DNA from: Bacteroidales bacterium
Lineage (GTDB): Bacteria > Bacteroidota > Bacteroidia > Bacteroidales > JAAYJT01
Reading direction: 5' to 3'
DNA length: 64,000 nucleotides
Assembly (NCBI GenBank): GCA_014860575.1
Contig: JACZJK010000035.1
Location: 67,175-131,174, forward strand
Made by a program: the position numbers and the translations under genes. The notes below the pieces were generated by a model. That model saw nothing but the letters and a program-made list of their open reading frames with translations, ran no database searches and was not told the origin of the DNA. This document shows positions 44,820-55,254 of the stretch, in pieces. Every line of letters starts with the position of its first letter. Position 1 is the first letter of the stretch.

Positions 44820-45704
44820 ATGGCTGAGATTACGCCGTTTCATCGGTTCGTTGACCCCGGGCTCAATTATTTGTTTACCAACAACTTTGATTTATCCATC
44901 CGAATTTTACCGGATGGATTCGTTTTTACAGTTTTTGATACCCTGAAAACCAAGTTTATCTGCCTCGAAGAATATCGTTATCCTGATACGGCTATTTTGC
45001 GATCCGTTTATGGATCAAAGGAATTTTGCATTTGGCTTGAGTATGTTTTTGTTCAGTCCTATCTGCTGCAGGAACATTATAACAAGGTAAGTATTTTAAC
45101 AGGTGGATTCAAATTTACTCTGATGCCGGGCCCTTTGTTTGATCCAACAAATGCCAGAAAATACCTTGGCTTCAATCATGCGATCCAGGATGAGGATGCT
45201 GTTTATTATGACATGATCAAAGCTCCTGAAGCTTGTTTAGTGTTTTCTGTTCCCTCCGGGTTAAATGAATGGATTAGAAATCACTATCCCGGTTCACGCC
45301 AACTTCACAGTTGTGGATCGCTCATCCGGAGTTTTTACTTACAATGTAAAGGCAGTAGTCCGGCTACAAGAATTTTGGCCAATGTTCAGGGTGATACGAT
45401 TGACATCATCATTTTTAAAGGTTCTGACTTCCAGTTCTGCAATTCCTTCCATTATACATCACAAACGGATTTATTATATTATCTGCTGTTTGTGATGGAA
45501 CAACTTAAAATCAATACCGAAGAATCCCCCCTGTATTTATCGGGGATCGTAGAAAATGAAAGCGAGCTATATAGACTTCTTGCTACTTATTTCCGATTTG
45601 TTGGCTTTATCCCGGATGCTGAAGACAGGAAATTCAGTCCCAGCTTCGATCACGCGCCTTTGCCCCGTTATTTCGACCTTTTAAATGTATCGTTATGCGG
45701 ATAA
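44820..45704 (+). CDS. Hypothetical protein (probably the Bacteroidota DUF3822 family that usually precedes rsmD)
   Basis: 294 aa, no TM. It overlaps the rsmD start by 10 nt. The family call rests on remembered synteny and size, not a search. Confidence 0.5.
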   Translation: MAEITPFHRFVDPGLNYLFTNNFDLSIRILPDGFVFTVFDTLKTKFICLEEYRYPDTAILRSVYGSKEFCIWLEYVFVQSYLLQEHYNKVSILTGGFKFTLMPGPLFDPTNARKYLGFNHAIQDEDAVYYDMIKAPEACLVFSVPSGLNEWIRNHYPGSRQLHSCGSLIRSFYLQCKGSSPATRILANVQGDTIDIIIFKGSDFQFCNSFHYTSQTDLLYYLLFVMEQLKINTEESPLYLSGIVENESELYRLLATYFRFVGFIPDAEDRKFSPSFDHAPLPRYFDLLNVSLCG

Positions 45705-46252
45705 TCAGAGGATCACATCGTGGAAAGCAAATTGTTGCGCCCAGGTCGTTTCCAGTAAGACCAACAACTGATTATGCCAAGGAAGGCCTGTTTAATATTC
45801 TTGAGCCAACATTTGATTTTGAAAGCCTTGAAGTCCTTGATCTTTTTGCCGGAACGGGAAGCATCTCCTACGAATTTGCCTCGCGAGGATGCAAAGCAGT
45901 TACAGCAGTTGACAGCAACAAACAATCCACTCGTTTTATAACTCAGATTGCTGACGAGCTTTCTTTAAAAAATCTTAAAGTTATTTGTACCGATGTCTTC
46001 AGGTTGGTCATGAGCAATAAAAAGCCTTACGGTCTTATTTTTGCCGATCCGCCTTACACACTCGAAAACCTTTCCGATCTCCCGGGGCTCATATTAAATG
46101 CGCGCATGCTCTACCATGAAGGCTGGCTGGTGCTTGAACATTCCAGTGTATATGACTTTTCCGGGAACCCATATTTTATCGAGCACCGGAAATACGGGGA
46201 GGTGAATTTCAGTTTTTTTGAGTTTCTAATTCCTGCTCAGCAAAACAGCTAA
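45695..46252 (+). CDS. rsmD: 16S rRNA (guanine966-N2)-methyltransferase
   Basis: MRIIRGSHRGKQI..P....RPTTDYAKEGLFNIL, the SAM motif DLFAGTGSISYEFASRG, and FADPPY. Confidence 0.85.
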   Translation: MRIIRGSHRGKQIVAPRSFPVRPTTDYAKEGLFNILEPTFDFESLEVLDLFAGTGSISYEFASRGCKAVTAVDSNKQSTRFITQIADELSLKNLKVICTDVFRLVMSNKKPYGLIFADPPYTLENLSDLPGLILNARMLYHEGWLVLEHSSVYDFSGNPYFIEHRKYGEVNFSFFEFLIPAQQNS

Positions 46253-47209
46253 ATTTCCGGCAATTAACCTGTGTTCAGGGTAGGCACTTTTGGTTCTGAT
46301 AGTTTCTAAAAGCGATAAAATACTATGCTTTGAATAACCGGGATTGGCAAGCAAATCGGGTATGTTTTTTAAAAGCACCAGTTCTCTCAGTTGTCTGTCA
46401 TGCAGCAATTTGTCCTTGTCAAGCACATTCATCATGCTTTTGTAAGCATCAGGTGATTCAAATGCCTTTAAAAGTTGGTTGCGGTCGAACAATCGGGATG
46501 CAGTAAGGTATTTTGCAAAATAATCGTTGAAGAAGTCCATATAAGCCATATGGCTGTATAGAATTTCCTGGTTCAGAAGATAAGTATCTGCAATTGCATC
46601 CCGACCCTTTGCCCGCGCCATCAGTTCAAGCGATGCTATGTTGAACCTGAGCAAATCATTAAACCATGCATTGTTGATCCCCGGAAAACGATTGTAGATT
46701 TCAGTGACATATTGCTGCACTAAACGGCCGTCGCGCTGTCGTAAGATGGTATGTGCATGTTCGGCCATAAACCCATCATGGAAAATATAGAAATCATTTA
46801 CCAGGCTGTTAAGTTCAAACCGCCATGGGCTGACAATTTCAATTTGAAGGGCTGGAATCTGAAATGGCGCTATCTCCTTGTTACGGAGGCTTCTGTCTAA
46901 TAGACCAGAAATTTTTAAGTTATAGGTTTTGCCGGGTTCGAGAATAATTTCGCCTTTCTGTATTCCTATTTTTAAGATGGCGATAGTGGTTGTTTTTAAA
47001 TCTGCTCTGATCTCAAACATCCCTGCCTGCCCGATGTTGGTTTCTGCCAGAGGCATTTCGGTGTTGGTAATAAAATCGGAATATACAATCAACTCAATCT
47101 TTAAGCCCGATGCCCCTTGTACCGAACCTCTTATTGTTACAGGCTCAGCCAACGCGATGGCGCTTGTAATGATTGACAGAAATATGAATGTTATGCGAAC
47201 CAGGATCAT
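46226..47209 (-). CDS. Hypothetical secreted protein
   Basis: 327-aa ORF with a signal peptide (..TSAIALAEP). An N-terminal beta-sandwich-like part is followed by a helical part. No thioredoxin or catalytic motif. Confidence 0.6.
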   Translation of the reverse strand: MILVRITFIFLSIITSAIALAEPVTIRGSVQGASGLKIELIVYSDFITNTEMPLAETNIGQAGMFEIRADLKTTTIAILKIGIQKGEIILEPGKTYNLKISGLLDRSLRNKEIAPFQIPALQIEIVSPWRFELNSLVNDFYIFHDGFMAEHAHTILRQRDGRLVQQYVTEIYNRFPGINNAWFNDLLRFNIASLELMARAKGRDAIADTYLLNQEILYSHMAYMDFFNDYFAKYLTASRLFDRNQLLKAFESPDAYKSMMNVLDKDKLLHDRQLRELVLLKNIPDLLANPGYSKHSILSLLETIRTKSAYPEHRLIAGNLAVLLSRN

Positions 47210-47222
47210 TAAAAACCAAACT

Positions 47223-47687
47223 TTATTTTTGAATGCTTATTGCATCGGGTAAGAAGGCCGCAGGATCGCCACCATGACGGATAATATCTCTTACTATTGA
47301 GGAAGTAATGGCAGTGTATTCAGGCATGGTAAGCAAAAACACGGTTTCGGTTTCAGGCAGCATTTGTTTATTCATTTGGCCAATGCTTCTTTCGAACTCA
47401 AAATCGGCGGAAGTTCGCAGGCCACGCAGTATGTATTGAGCATTCACCTCCTTGCAGAAATCTATCGTAAGGCCTGTAAACGACCTTACACTTACGTTGG
47501 GATATGACTCAAAAACCTTCCCGATCCATTCCAGGCGCTGCTGCACCGGAAAGAAACTCTGCTTTTCTGAATTTAATCCAATGGCAATAATGATTTCATC
47601 AAAAAGGCCGATGGCTCGTAAAATCACGTTCTCATGACCCTTGGTAATTGGGTCGAATGAGCCTGGAAACACTGCTATTTTCTTCAT
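47223..47687 (-). CDS. coaD: Phosphopantetheine adenylyltransferase
   Basis: An internal ATG at 47687 gives MKKIAVFPGSFDPITKGHENVI (T/HxGH motif). The 30-codon upstream extension in the track has no homology signal. Confidence 0.9.
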   Translation of the reverse strand: MKKIAVFPGSFDPITKGHENVILRAIGLFDEIIIAIGLNSEKQSFFPVQQRLEWIGKVFESYPNVSVRSFTGLTIDFCKEVNAQYILRGLRTSADFEFERSIGQMNKQMLPETETVFLLTMPEYTAITSSIVRDIIRHGGDPAAFLPDAISIQK

Positions 47688-47733
47688 TGTGATAAATTTA
47701 ATGACCCCGGCGAAAACCAGGGAAAACATTTCA

Positions 47734-48381
47734 TTAAAGTTCCCATGGAGTATGTGTTGTAACAAATTCTTTAGCAAGTTGCTGTAAGCTGGCGTAGGTG
47801 TTATTTATCTTTTCTTTTATCGAAGTATCAGTAGCCCATTCAACTTCTGTGATGCCTTCTTCCAACTGTGGGGTTAGAGGGCAATCCGGACTTTCAACGC
47901 CCATCTTATACCAATGCGAAGTTTTAAGAATAAATTTATTTTTCTCGCGGTAGGCATGACGGGTAATACCTAATGCCCTGGTGATATATAGATTTTTAAG
48001 CCCGGTTTCTTCGCTCACCTCCCTGATGGCGGCCTCCTCCATGCTTTCATTACCGTTAGGTTTGCCTTTCGGCAAATCCCAACGCTTATGTCTTAATATC
48101 CAAAGCATTCCTTTGTCCGGATGATAAACAATGCCACCGCCAGTAACTATTGATGTGAAGAAAGATTCAAAATCCTTACGCAACAAATCAAAGTTTTTAG
48201 TGTTTATGATGATCAATTCCCTGGCCTCATCATTACTTTCGAACTCATGAATAATGCGCCCGAAATCTGGTGTGCCGGAAACAATAAGATGCTGGGTTCC
48301 TACCGGTAATTTAGTTTCAGGAACTTGATCAGTTAAGGTCACCGGTTTTTCGTTGATAAAAACTTTATACATTTGCTGCAT
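47734..48381 (-). CDS. NUDIX hydrolase with an N-terminal extension
   Basis: Nudix box GKPNGNESMEEAAIREVSEETGL. The alternative start MYKVF is at 48372. Confidence 0.8.
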   Translation of the reverse strand: MQQMYKVFINEKPVTLTDQVPETKLPVGTQHLIVSGTPDFGRIIHEFESNDEARELIIINTKNFDLLRKDFESFFTSIVTGGGIVYHPDKGMLWILRHKRWDLPKGKPNGNESMEEAAIREVSEETGLKNLYITRALGITRHAYREKNKFILKTSHWYKMGVESPDCPLTPQLEEGITEVEWATDTSIKEKINNTYASLQQLAKEFVTTHTPWEL

Positions 48382-49027
48382 GAAAAATAATGAAGAAACT
48401 GCTCTGGCAACTGCCGATTTTCTACTGCAAATTAAAGCAATAAAGCTGGATATTAGTAAACCATTTACATGGGCCTCAGGAATAATCTCACCTATCTACT
48501 GCGATAACCGCAAAACTTTATCCTATCCCAAAATCAGAACCTATATCCGCCAGGAACTGGTTAAAATAATCCACGAACAGTTTGGCACCATTGACCTGAT
48601 TGCAGGCGTTGCAACAGGAGCAATTGCACAGGGAGCTCTCGTAGCCCAGGATCTCGGTTTGCCTTTTGCCTACGTACGCTCATCAAAAAAAGAACATGGC
48701 CTTACAAGCCAGATTGAGGGTGTGGTTGAGTCAGGGCAATCAGTTGTTGTTGTTGAGGATTTGGTTTCAACCGGTCAAAGCAGCCTGAATGCCGTAAGCG
48801 CGTTGAAAGAAGCCGGCTGTAATGTGAAAGGAATGGTTGCAATATTTACTTATGGGCTTAAGGAAGCTGAGAGTAATTTCAACAAAGCCCAGGTGCCGCT
48901 ATACACTCTTACCAATTACGAGGCGCTCATTCAAAAGGCTATCGAGCGGGAATATATCAAAGAATCTGACCTGAAAACACTTATCAAGTGGAAAGATAAT
49001 CCTTCAGCCTGGGGCAGGGCAGAATAA
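48380..49027 (+). CDS. pyrE: Orotate phosphoribosyltransferase
   Basis: ATG 48380 gives MKNNEETALATADFLLQIKAIKL..FTWASGIISPIYCDNR. The PRPP loop is VVVVEDLVSTGQSS. Confidence 0.9.
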   Translation: MKNNEETALATADFLLQIKAIKLDISKPFTWASGIISPIYCDNRKTLSYPKIRTYIRQELVKIIHEQFGTIDLIAGVATGAIAQGALVAQDLGLPFAYVRSSKKEHGLTSQIEGVVESGQSVVVVEDLVSTGQSSLNAVSALKEAGCNVKGMVAIFTYGLKEAESNFNKAQVPLYTLTNYEALIQKAIEREYIKESDLKTLIKWKDNPSAWGRAE

Positions 49028-49037
49028 CACCCTTATT

Positions 49038-49442
49038 ATGCATATTAAAAGCGAAGCTCAAATCATTGATAAACCAGCCAGCGAAGTATATTCGTTTATT
49101 AAGGATTTCAGGAATTTCGAACACCTAATGCCACCACAGGTTCAAAACTACAAAGCAAGTTATGATGAGTGCAGTTTTGAAATCAGCGGTATGGGAAGTG
49201 TTTGGCTTGAAATGAATGAGCGTGTCGAAGATACCAGGGTAATGGCTTCTTCTACTGGGAACACTGCCATAAAATTCGACCTGATTGTGAACCTTTCCAT
49301 GCAAAGCCCTGGTCAATGTATGGCAATTGCTGAACTCAATGCCGATTTAAGCACGATGCTTTCAATGATTGCCAGGAAGCCGCTTAACAATTTTATTAAC
49401 ATGATGGTTGAAAAACTGAAAGAGGTTCTTGAAACTTCCTGA
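49038..49442 (+). CDS. SRPBCC (START/polyketide-cyclase-like) family protein
   Basis: 134 aa. The N-terminus ..IDKPASEVYSFIKDFRNFEHLMP is typical of SRPBCC. Confidence 0.55.
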   Translation: MHIKSEAQIIDKPASEVYSFIKDFRNFEHLMPPQVQNYKASYDECSFEISGMGSVWLEMNERVEDTRVMASSTGNTAIKFDLIVNLSMQSPGQCMAIAELNADLSTMLSMIARKPLNNFINMMVEKLKEVLETS

Positions 49443-49471
49443 TCCGGCAAATAAGATTCGTAGATTCTTTT

Positions 49472-50218
49472 TCAAATTACGTGCTTTACTTCATTCAGAT
49501 CGCAAGATAATTTCCTGCCTTGCAGGGTTTCCAACTCAAGATGTCCGAACTCCCCAATTCCTGTTATTTTGGCTTTTATTGCCTGTCCCTTGTATACAAA
49601 ATCCGAAAGCATTCCAAAACGGTAGAGTGAGCCAATATAATCCTGGTCAATTTTGGTATACTTTTTTTCGAGTAACTGCTTAAACCGTATTTCAATGTAA
49701 TGACACAGCATCTTCAAACACAATTCCAGATCGTAGTGTATGCCACTAATCATTTTTAAAGAAACTGGGTTGGGAGCATCGCTCAGGAAAACAGTTTGGT
49801 TTACGTTTATGCCAACACCTAATATTGTCCATGTAATTTTCTCTCCCAAAATAGTATTGTTAATTAGGATGCCAGCAATTTTTCTATTGTTGCAATAAAT
49901 ATCGTTTGGCCATTTGATCCTGATATCAGAATCAGTGAGATGAGCTTGCACAAAATCCTTTAATGCCAGTGAAGCCATTTTATTAAGCAAAAACTGCTTT
50001 GAAGAAGGAAGTCCGGTAGGTTGAACCACAATGCTGAAAGTGAGATTTTCGCCTGCCCGGCTTTCCCAGCGATTTTGATTCTGCCCTTTCCCTTCTGTTT
50101 GTTCCAGGGCGTTGATTACCATTCCATTAACAGCCTCATTACGCGAAATCACTTCTGCGGCATGCGTATTGGTTGAAGAAACACTTTGAACGTGTATGAT
50201 TGGTGATCCGATTTTCAT
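49472..50218 (-). CDS. birA: Biotin--[acetyl-CoA-carboxylase] ligase (no N-terminal HTH)
   Basis: GKGQNQNRWESRAGENLTFS (a variant of the GRGRxGRxW motif); 248 aa. Confidence 0.8.
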   Translation of the reverse strand: MKIGSPIIHVQSVSSTNTHAAEVISRNEAVNGMVINALEQTEGKGQNQNRWESRAGENLTFSIVVQPTGLPSSKQFLLNKMASLALKDFVQAHLTDSDIRIKWPNDIYCNNRKIAGILINNTILGEKITWTILGVGINVNQTVFLSDAPNPVSLKMISGIHYDLELCLKMLCHYIEIRFKQLLEKKYTKIDQDYIGSLYRFGMLSDFVYKGQAIKAKITGIGEFGHLELETLQGRKLSCDLNEVKHVI

Positions 50219-50265
50219 TAATATAGCTTGATTTTAAATAGCTCAGTTGGCATGCTGAAATTCAT

Positions 50266-50273
50266 TACTTTTG
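50266..50273 (+). promoter_or_regulatory. Candidate -7 promoter box (TACTTTTG) upstream of rsfS
   Basis: TAnnTTTG match 20 nt upstream of ATG 50293. Confidence 0.4.
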
Positions 50274-50292
50274 CACTGGCAAAGTAAACAAA

Positions 50293-50670
50293 ATGATCAG
50301 AAAAAAGATTAAAATTTCATCATCAAAGTTAGCCGAATCTATCATTGAGGGAATCAGGGAGAAAAAGGGTTCAAAAATTATTACTATGAACCTGAGTAAA
50401 ATTAAAAATGCAATTTGCAACCAGTTTGTGATTTGCCACGCCAATTCGCGAACCCAGGTTGAAGCAATCGCACACGGCCTGCAGGAACATGTTAAGAAAG
50501 AGCTTGGCGTTCGTCCCTGGCACAGCGAAGGATTTGAAAATGCTGAATGGATTCTCATTGATTATGCTGATGTTGTAGTACATGTTTTCCAGCCTCAGAT
50601 AAGAGAACACTATAAACTCGAAGAATTATGGGCCGATGCTGAACTAAAAGAATACGATTCTGTTGAGTAA
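50293..50670 (+). CDS. rsfS: Ribosome silencing factor
   Basis: FVICHANSRTQVEAIA .. WILIDYADVVVHVF .. REHYKLEELW. Confidence 0.85.
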   Translation: MIRKKIKISSSKLAESIIEGIREKKGSKIITMNLSKIKNAICNQFVICHANSRTQVEAIAHGLQEHVKKELGVRPWHSEGFENAEWILIDYADVVVHVFQPQIREHYKLEELWADAELKEYDSVE

Positions 50671-50717
50671 AATCTGCCCTATCAATAATACTGACTATCT
50701 CGAAACCTTATTATAAA

Positions 50718-52760
50718 ATGGCTACCAAAGAGAAGAAGAAAACTGAAAAGACTCCGGCTGATCCGCCATCAAAAAATTTGAAACCCAAGTTCAATCTGTA
50801 TTGGGTGTATGCTGCACTTGCTGTGCTGTTTATTCTAATGTGGGTGAGCAACTGGGATACGAGTCCCAAAGAAGTAAACTGGGGTGAATTTCGTGAGATG
50901 CTTGCCAACCAGGATGTTGAAAAAATTGTGGTTGTAAACCGTGAGATTGCCGAAATTTATATAAAAAATGATAAGCTGACACTGGATCGTTACGAAGGTG
51001 TCCGCGAAGAAGGAACTACCACTTCCAGGCCGCATTACCAGCACATTATTGGTTCATACGATTCTTTCAAGGAAGATGTTGAAAAGGTTCAGGAAGGTCT
51101 TCAGAACCCTGTCTATCTCATAAATGAAAACAGGCGGAAATGGGGCGATGCAATGGGATGGGCTTTCCCGCTTATCCTTCTCGTTGTTGTTTGGTTGTTT
51201 ATCATGCGCATGATGACCCGTGGAGCCGGCGGCGGTCAGATTTTCAATATCGGCAAGTCGAAAGCCCAGCTTTTTGACCGGGATTCGAGTGTAAGCATTA
51301 ACTTCAACGATGTTGCCGGCCTTGAGGAGGCCAAGGTTGAGGTAATGGAAATTGTTGAATTTCTAAAACATCCTGAAAAATACAAAGATTTGGGTGGCAA
51401 GATCCCCAAAGGAGCATTGCTGGTCGGGCCTCCGGGAACAGGAAAAACCCTGCTTGCCAAAGCCGTGGCTGGCGAGGCAAAAGTTCCTTTCTTCTCAATT
51501 TCAGGTTCTGAATTTGTTGAAATGTTTGTTGGGGTGGGCGCATCGCGTGTGCGTGATCTTTTCAAGCAGGCCAAAGAAAAAGCCCCTTGTATCATCTTTA
51601 TTGATGAAATTGACGCCATAGGAAGGGCCCGTGGCAAGAACCCATTAACCGGGTCGAACGATGAAAGAGAAAATACTCTCAATCAGTTGCTTACTGAGAT
51701 GGACGGCTTTTCGAGCAATACAGGAGTAATCATACTTGCTGCAACAAACCGTGCCGATATTTTGGATCGTGCATTAATGCGTGCCGGCCGCTTCGACCGC
51801 CAGATTCACGTTGAACTGCCCGACCTGGAAGAACGCCTTGCTATTTTCAAGGTTCACATCCGTGATTTGAAGATGGAACCCGGACTCGATCTGGGCTTTC
51901 TTGCAAGACAAACTCCCGGTTTTTCGGGCGCTGACATCGCCAATGTTTGTAATGAATCGGCACTTATTGCCGCGCGCCGAAACAAGAAACAGATTGAAAA
52001 GCAGGATTTCCTTGATGCCATTGACCGCATCGTAGCCGGCCTTGAAAAACGCAGTAAATTTATCTCCCCTCAGGAAAAGAAAGTAATTGCTTTTCATGAA
52101 GCCGGGCACGCCGCCATTAGCTGGATGCTTGAGTATGCTCATCCTCTTGTTAAAGTTACAATCATCCCGCGCGGTAAATCGTTGGGCGCTGCATGGTATT
52201 TACCTGAAGAACGCCAGATTACAACTTACGAGCAACTCTTTGACGAGATGACTGCCGCTTTGGGTGGCCGTGCTGCTGAATTGATCATTTTCAACAAGGT
52301 TTCAACCGGTGCGCTGAATGATCTTGAAAAAGTTACCAAACAGGCTTATGCAATGGTAACATACTTCGGATTGAATGAAAAGATCGGAAACATCAGTTTC
52401 TACGATTCAAGTGGCCAGCAGGAATATATGCTGGGTAAACCCTATAGTGAAGCAACCGCCCAGACAATTGACGAAGAAGTCAGCATAATGATTAAAAAGG
52501 CCTTTGAGCGGGCAAAAACAATTCTTACAGAAAATAGGCTTAAGCTAGAGCAACTTGCCGAATTGCTACTGAAAAATGAGGTAATCTTCCGCGAAGATGT
52601 AGAGTCAATTTTTGGCAAAAGACCTTATGATGAGCCAGCACATGTAATAAACGAAAATGGTGATCCGGTTGTAACAATTCTACCGGTTCCAGTTGTAGAT
52701 CCACCAAAAGTTCCGGACACAGAAATAGCAAAAGACAAACCCTCTGATAAAAAAGTGTAA
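50718..52760 (+). CDS. ftsH: ATP-dependent zinc metalloprotease FtsH
   Basis: Walker [14 protein letters not shown], the AAA second region of homology, and the zinc site HEAGHA. Two N-terminal TM helices. Confidence 0.95.
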   Translation: MATKEKKKTEKTPADPPSKNLKPKFNLYWVYAALAVLFILMWVSNWDTSPKEVNWGEFREMLANQDVEKIVVVNREIAEIYIKNDKLTLDRYEGVREEGTTTSRPHYQHIIGSYDSFKEDVEKVQEGLQNPVYLINENRRKWGDAMGWAFPLILLVVVWLFIMRMMTRGAGGGQIFNIGKSKAQLFDRDSSVSINFNDVAGLEEAKVEVMEIVEFLKHPEKYKDLGGKIPKGALLVGPPGTGKTLLAKAVAGEAKVPFFSISGSEFVEMFVGVGASRVRDLFKQAKEKAPCIIFIDEIDAIGRARGKNPLTGSNDERENTLNQLLTEMDGFSSNTGVIILAATNRADILDRALMRAGRFDRQIHVELPDLEERLAIFKVHIRDLKMEPGLDLGFLARQTPGFSGADIANVCNESALIAARRNKKQIEKQDFLDAIDRIVAGLEKRSKFISPQEKKVIAFHEAGHAAISWMLEYAHPLVKVTIIPRGKSLGAAWYLPEERQITTYEQLFDEMTAALGGRAAELIIFNKVSTGALNDLEKVTKQAYAMVTYFGLNEKIGNISFYDSSGQQEYMLGKPYSEATAQTIDEEVSIMIKKAFERAKTILTENRLKLEQLAELLLKNEVIFREDVESIFGKRPYDEPAHVINENGDPVVTILPVPVVDPPKVPDTEIAKDKPSDKKV

Positions 52761-52778
52761 GCCTAAGCTACTGATATA

Positions 52779-53426
52779 ATGGACGAAAGCACCACCAGGG
52801 AGAAAGTATTGAAGCGTGTCAGGAATGCGCTCATCAGTAAAACTGCGAACCCATACCCCGATATTGATATGGGAGCTGCAGTGTATGAACCCATTACCGA
52901 AGCCCTGGATATCACTTTTGCTGAAGAATTAACAAAAGTTGGAGGGAAATTCATCTACTGTGAGAACATGGATGAAATGCTTTCAACACTTAATCTTTTG
53001 GTTCAGACCAACAATCTTCAACCGCTTTACTGCAGCAACATTGAATTATCCCGGATGCTGGTTCAGGCTGATGTTCCGGTTGAGAGCGATATCAAAACAG
53101 TTCAGGATCTTCGCGCATCAATTACTTATTGTGAATTTCTTGTTGCCCGGCTTGGCAGTATCATGGTATCATCACGATCAGGCCCGGGTCGGATAGTTAA
53201 TATTTTGCCCGATGTGCACATTGTAATAGCCCGCACCAGTCAATTGGTTCCGGAAATAAAGCATGCGTTCACAGCCTTAAAAGAAAAATATCCTCAACGC
53301 CTCCCATCAATGGTCAGTTTTATTACCGGCCCCAGCCGCACTGCGGATATAGAGAAAACACTTGTTATGGGAGCACATGGACCTAAAGAACTATATGTTT
53401 TTCTGGTAGACGATATTAACACATAA
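52779..53426 (+). CDS. LUD-domain (LutC/YkgG-like) protein
   Basis: 215 aa. The N-terminus ..REKVLKRVRNAL and the overall size resemble LutC-family proteins; this is a weaker motif call. Confidence 0.55.
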   Translation: MDESTTREKVLKRVRNALISKTANPYPDIDMGAAVYEPITEALDITFAEELTKVGGKFIYCENMDEMLSTLNLLVQTNNLQPLYCSNIELSRMLVQADVPVESDIKTVQDLRASITYCEFLVARLGSIMVSSRSGPGRIVNILPDVHIVIARTSQLVPEIKHAFTALKEKYPQRLPSMVSFITGPSRTADIEKTLVMGAHGPKELYVFLVDDINT

Positions 53427-53432
53427 CATGTT

Positions 53433-53639
53433 ATGCTAGAAGGAAGATGGATACAGGTTTATGGATCATCAGATGCTTTTCAGGTGGAAGTGATCAAAGG
53501 CTTACTAACCGAGCACCACATTGAATGTGTTGTCGTGAATAAGAAGGATTCACTATATCTTGTCGGAGAAGTGGAATTATACGTAAACGTTGAAGATGCC
53601 TTCCAGGCCAATCAGCTAATCAGTGAATCGAATCCATGA
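53433..53639 (+). CDS. Small DUF2007-like (putative signal-transducing) protein
   Basis: 68 aa, overlapping the cdsA start by 4 nt. The pattern VYGSSDAFQVEVIKGLLTEHHIECVV resembles DUF2007. Confidence 0.5.
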   Translation: MLEGRWIQVYGSSDAFQVEVIKGLLTEHHIECVVVNKKDSLYLVGEVELYVNVEDAFQANQLISESNP

Positions 53640-54460
53640 AGCCTGCCAATTTTCGAACCCGCACATTAACAGCATTGGTTTTTGGTGTTTTAATGGTTGG
53701 TTCAATTATTCTTGGATCCCATTATTTTGCTTTTCTTATGCTTGTCACATCCTATTTGGGAATCAAAGAGTTTTATAATCTTGTTAGCCCGGAATCTTCT
53801 GCAAAATCAAGGCAAGCAGGGGCATTTATTGGAATTTTGACTTTCGTAATAATATTTGCATTCAATGCTAACTTGATACAAGGGAAATGGCTTTGGTCAT
53901 TTCCGGTATTACTCACTTTCCCTTTCCTGATTGCAATGTTTGATAAAATTGGTAATCCAGTTCAAACCATTGGGGCTACGCTGGCCGGTATTGTTTTCAT
54001 TTTTGTGCCACTATCCCTGTTTGCCTCACTCCTTATTGTTGGCGATAAGATTGCCGGCATTTCAGGGAAGGGAATTGTACTTATTTTTTTGCTGATACTT
54101 TGGGTCTACGATTCTGCTGCTTATATAATCGGGTCGTGGCTTGGGAAACATAAACTTTTTGAACGCCTGTCGCCAGGAAAAACCTGGGAAGGAACCCTGG
54201 GTGGCATGGTCATTGGAGGAGGAGCAGCCTTGGTCATATCAACATTTTATACTCAGATTCCATTTTACCATTGGCTGACCATCGCGTTTCTTATTATGGT
54301 TTCCGGTACAATGGGAGACTTATGCGAATCAATGCTTAAGCGGAAGGCTAGGGTCAAAGACAGCGGAAGTCTGCTTCCGGGCCATGGTGGAATTCTTGAT
54401 CGCTTTGATGCCATGTTATTGTCAGCGCCGGTTGCTTATTTGTATATTGTTCTATTTTAA
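53636..54460 (+). CDS. cdsA: Phosphatidate cytidylyltransferase
   Basis: C-terminal signature SMLKRKARVKDSGSLLPGHGGILDRFD. Multi-TM protein. Confidence 0.85.
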   Translation: MKPANFRTRTLTALVFGVLMVGSIILGSHYFAFLMLVTSYLGIKEFYNLVSPESSAKSRQAGAFIGILTFVIIFAFNANLIQGKWLWSFPVLLTFPFLIAMFDKIGNPVQTIGATLAGIVFIFVPLSLFASLLIVGDKIAGISGKGIVLIFLLILWVYDSAAYIIGSWLGKHKLFERLSPGKTWEGTLGGMVIGGGAALVISTFYTQIPFYHWLTIAFLIMVSGTMGDLCESMLKRKARVKDSGSLLPGHGGILDRFDAMLLSAPVAYLYIVLF

Positions 54461-54505
54461 GCGTAGAGTTTAACTTTTACGCCATTGTTTAATTTAATTT
54501 CTGAA

Positions 54506-55162
54506 ATGAAAGTTCATACTGAAGGATATAAAATTATTTTGCTGACGCTGGTTGGAGTAGCCATCCTGGTATCAGCCGTAATCATTGTTTTTAAATTACT
54601 AGGCTGGATCGAAGTTATGCTGGCCGTAGCCGGTTTGTTGCTGGTTTTAGCAACGGCATTATTTTTCAGGGTTCCAACCCGAAGTGCAGCCTATGCCGAA
54701 GGTAAAATCTTTAGCGGCGCCGATGGGAAGGTAGTTGTGGTAGAAGATGTGTGGGAAGATGAGTATTTCAAGAGTAAACGCAAACAGGTTTCTGTTTTTA
54801 TGAGCGTTACTGATGTGCATGTAAATTTTGCCCCGCTTACAGGCGAGGTTAAATACTTTAAGCACCATCCTGGCAAATACTTGTTTGCATGGCTGCCAAA
54901 AGCATCAACTGAAAATGAGAAAACCACCCTTGTGATTGATAACCCGGTATTTGGCCCTGTTATGGTGCGTCAGATTGCTGGTGCTTTTGCGCGTCGTATT
55001 GTTTGCCACCCTCGTGAAGGGGATAAGGTTACTCAGGGGTCTGAGTTCGGAATCATTAAATTTGGTTCGAGGGTAGATATTTTTTTACCGCTTCATGCAA
55101 ATGTGAAAGTTAAACCCAATCAGCATGTTAGGGGTGCTGAAACCCTGATTGCAACGATATAA
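54506..55162 (+). CDS. psd: Phosphatidylserine decarboxylase (short form)
   Basis: ATG 54506 (the track uses TTG 54485). Two N-terminal TM helices. The self-cleavage-type motif is IKFGSRVDIFLP. Confidence 0.8.
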   Translation: MKVHTEGYKIILLTLVGVAILVSAVIIVFKLLGWIEVMLAVAGLLLVLATALFFRVPTRSAAYAEGKIFSGADGKVVVVEDVWEDEYFKSKRKQVSVFMSVTDVHVNFAPLTGEVKYFKHHPGKYLFAWLPKASTENEKTTLVIDNPVFGPVMVRQIAGAFARRIVCHPREGDKVTQGSEFGIIKFGSRVDIFLPLHANVKVKPNQHVRGAETLIATI

Positions 55163-55219
55163 TGAACGTTTTAACAAATCATTAACATTTATAAAATTCA
55201 AAAATCTGCGAAAAGACCT

Positions 55220-55227
55220 TACTTTTG
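55220..55227 (+). promoter_or_regulatory. Candidate -7 promoter box (TACTTTTG) upstream of the Cys-rich small protein gene
   Basis: TAnnTTTG match 28 nt upstream of ATG 55255. It lies inside the track's longer ORF (55225), which supports the shorter start. Confidence 0.4.
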
Positions 55228-55254
55228 CTTCATAACACTAAAAAACGAAATCCT

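Noticed and set aside
47688-47777. A 30-codon extension of coaD
   Set aside because: The canonical CoaD N-terminus MKKIAVFPGSFDP starts at the internal ATG (47687). The extension overlaps the Nudix gene's 3' end.
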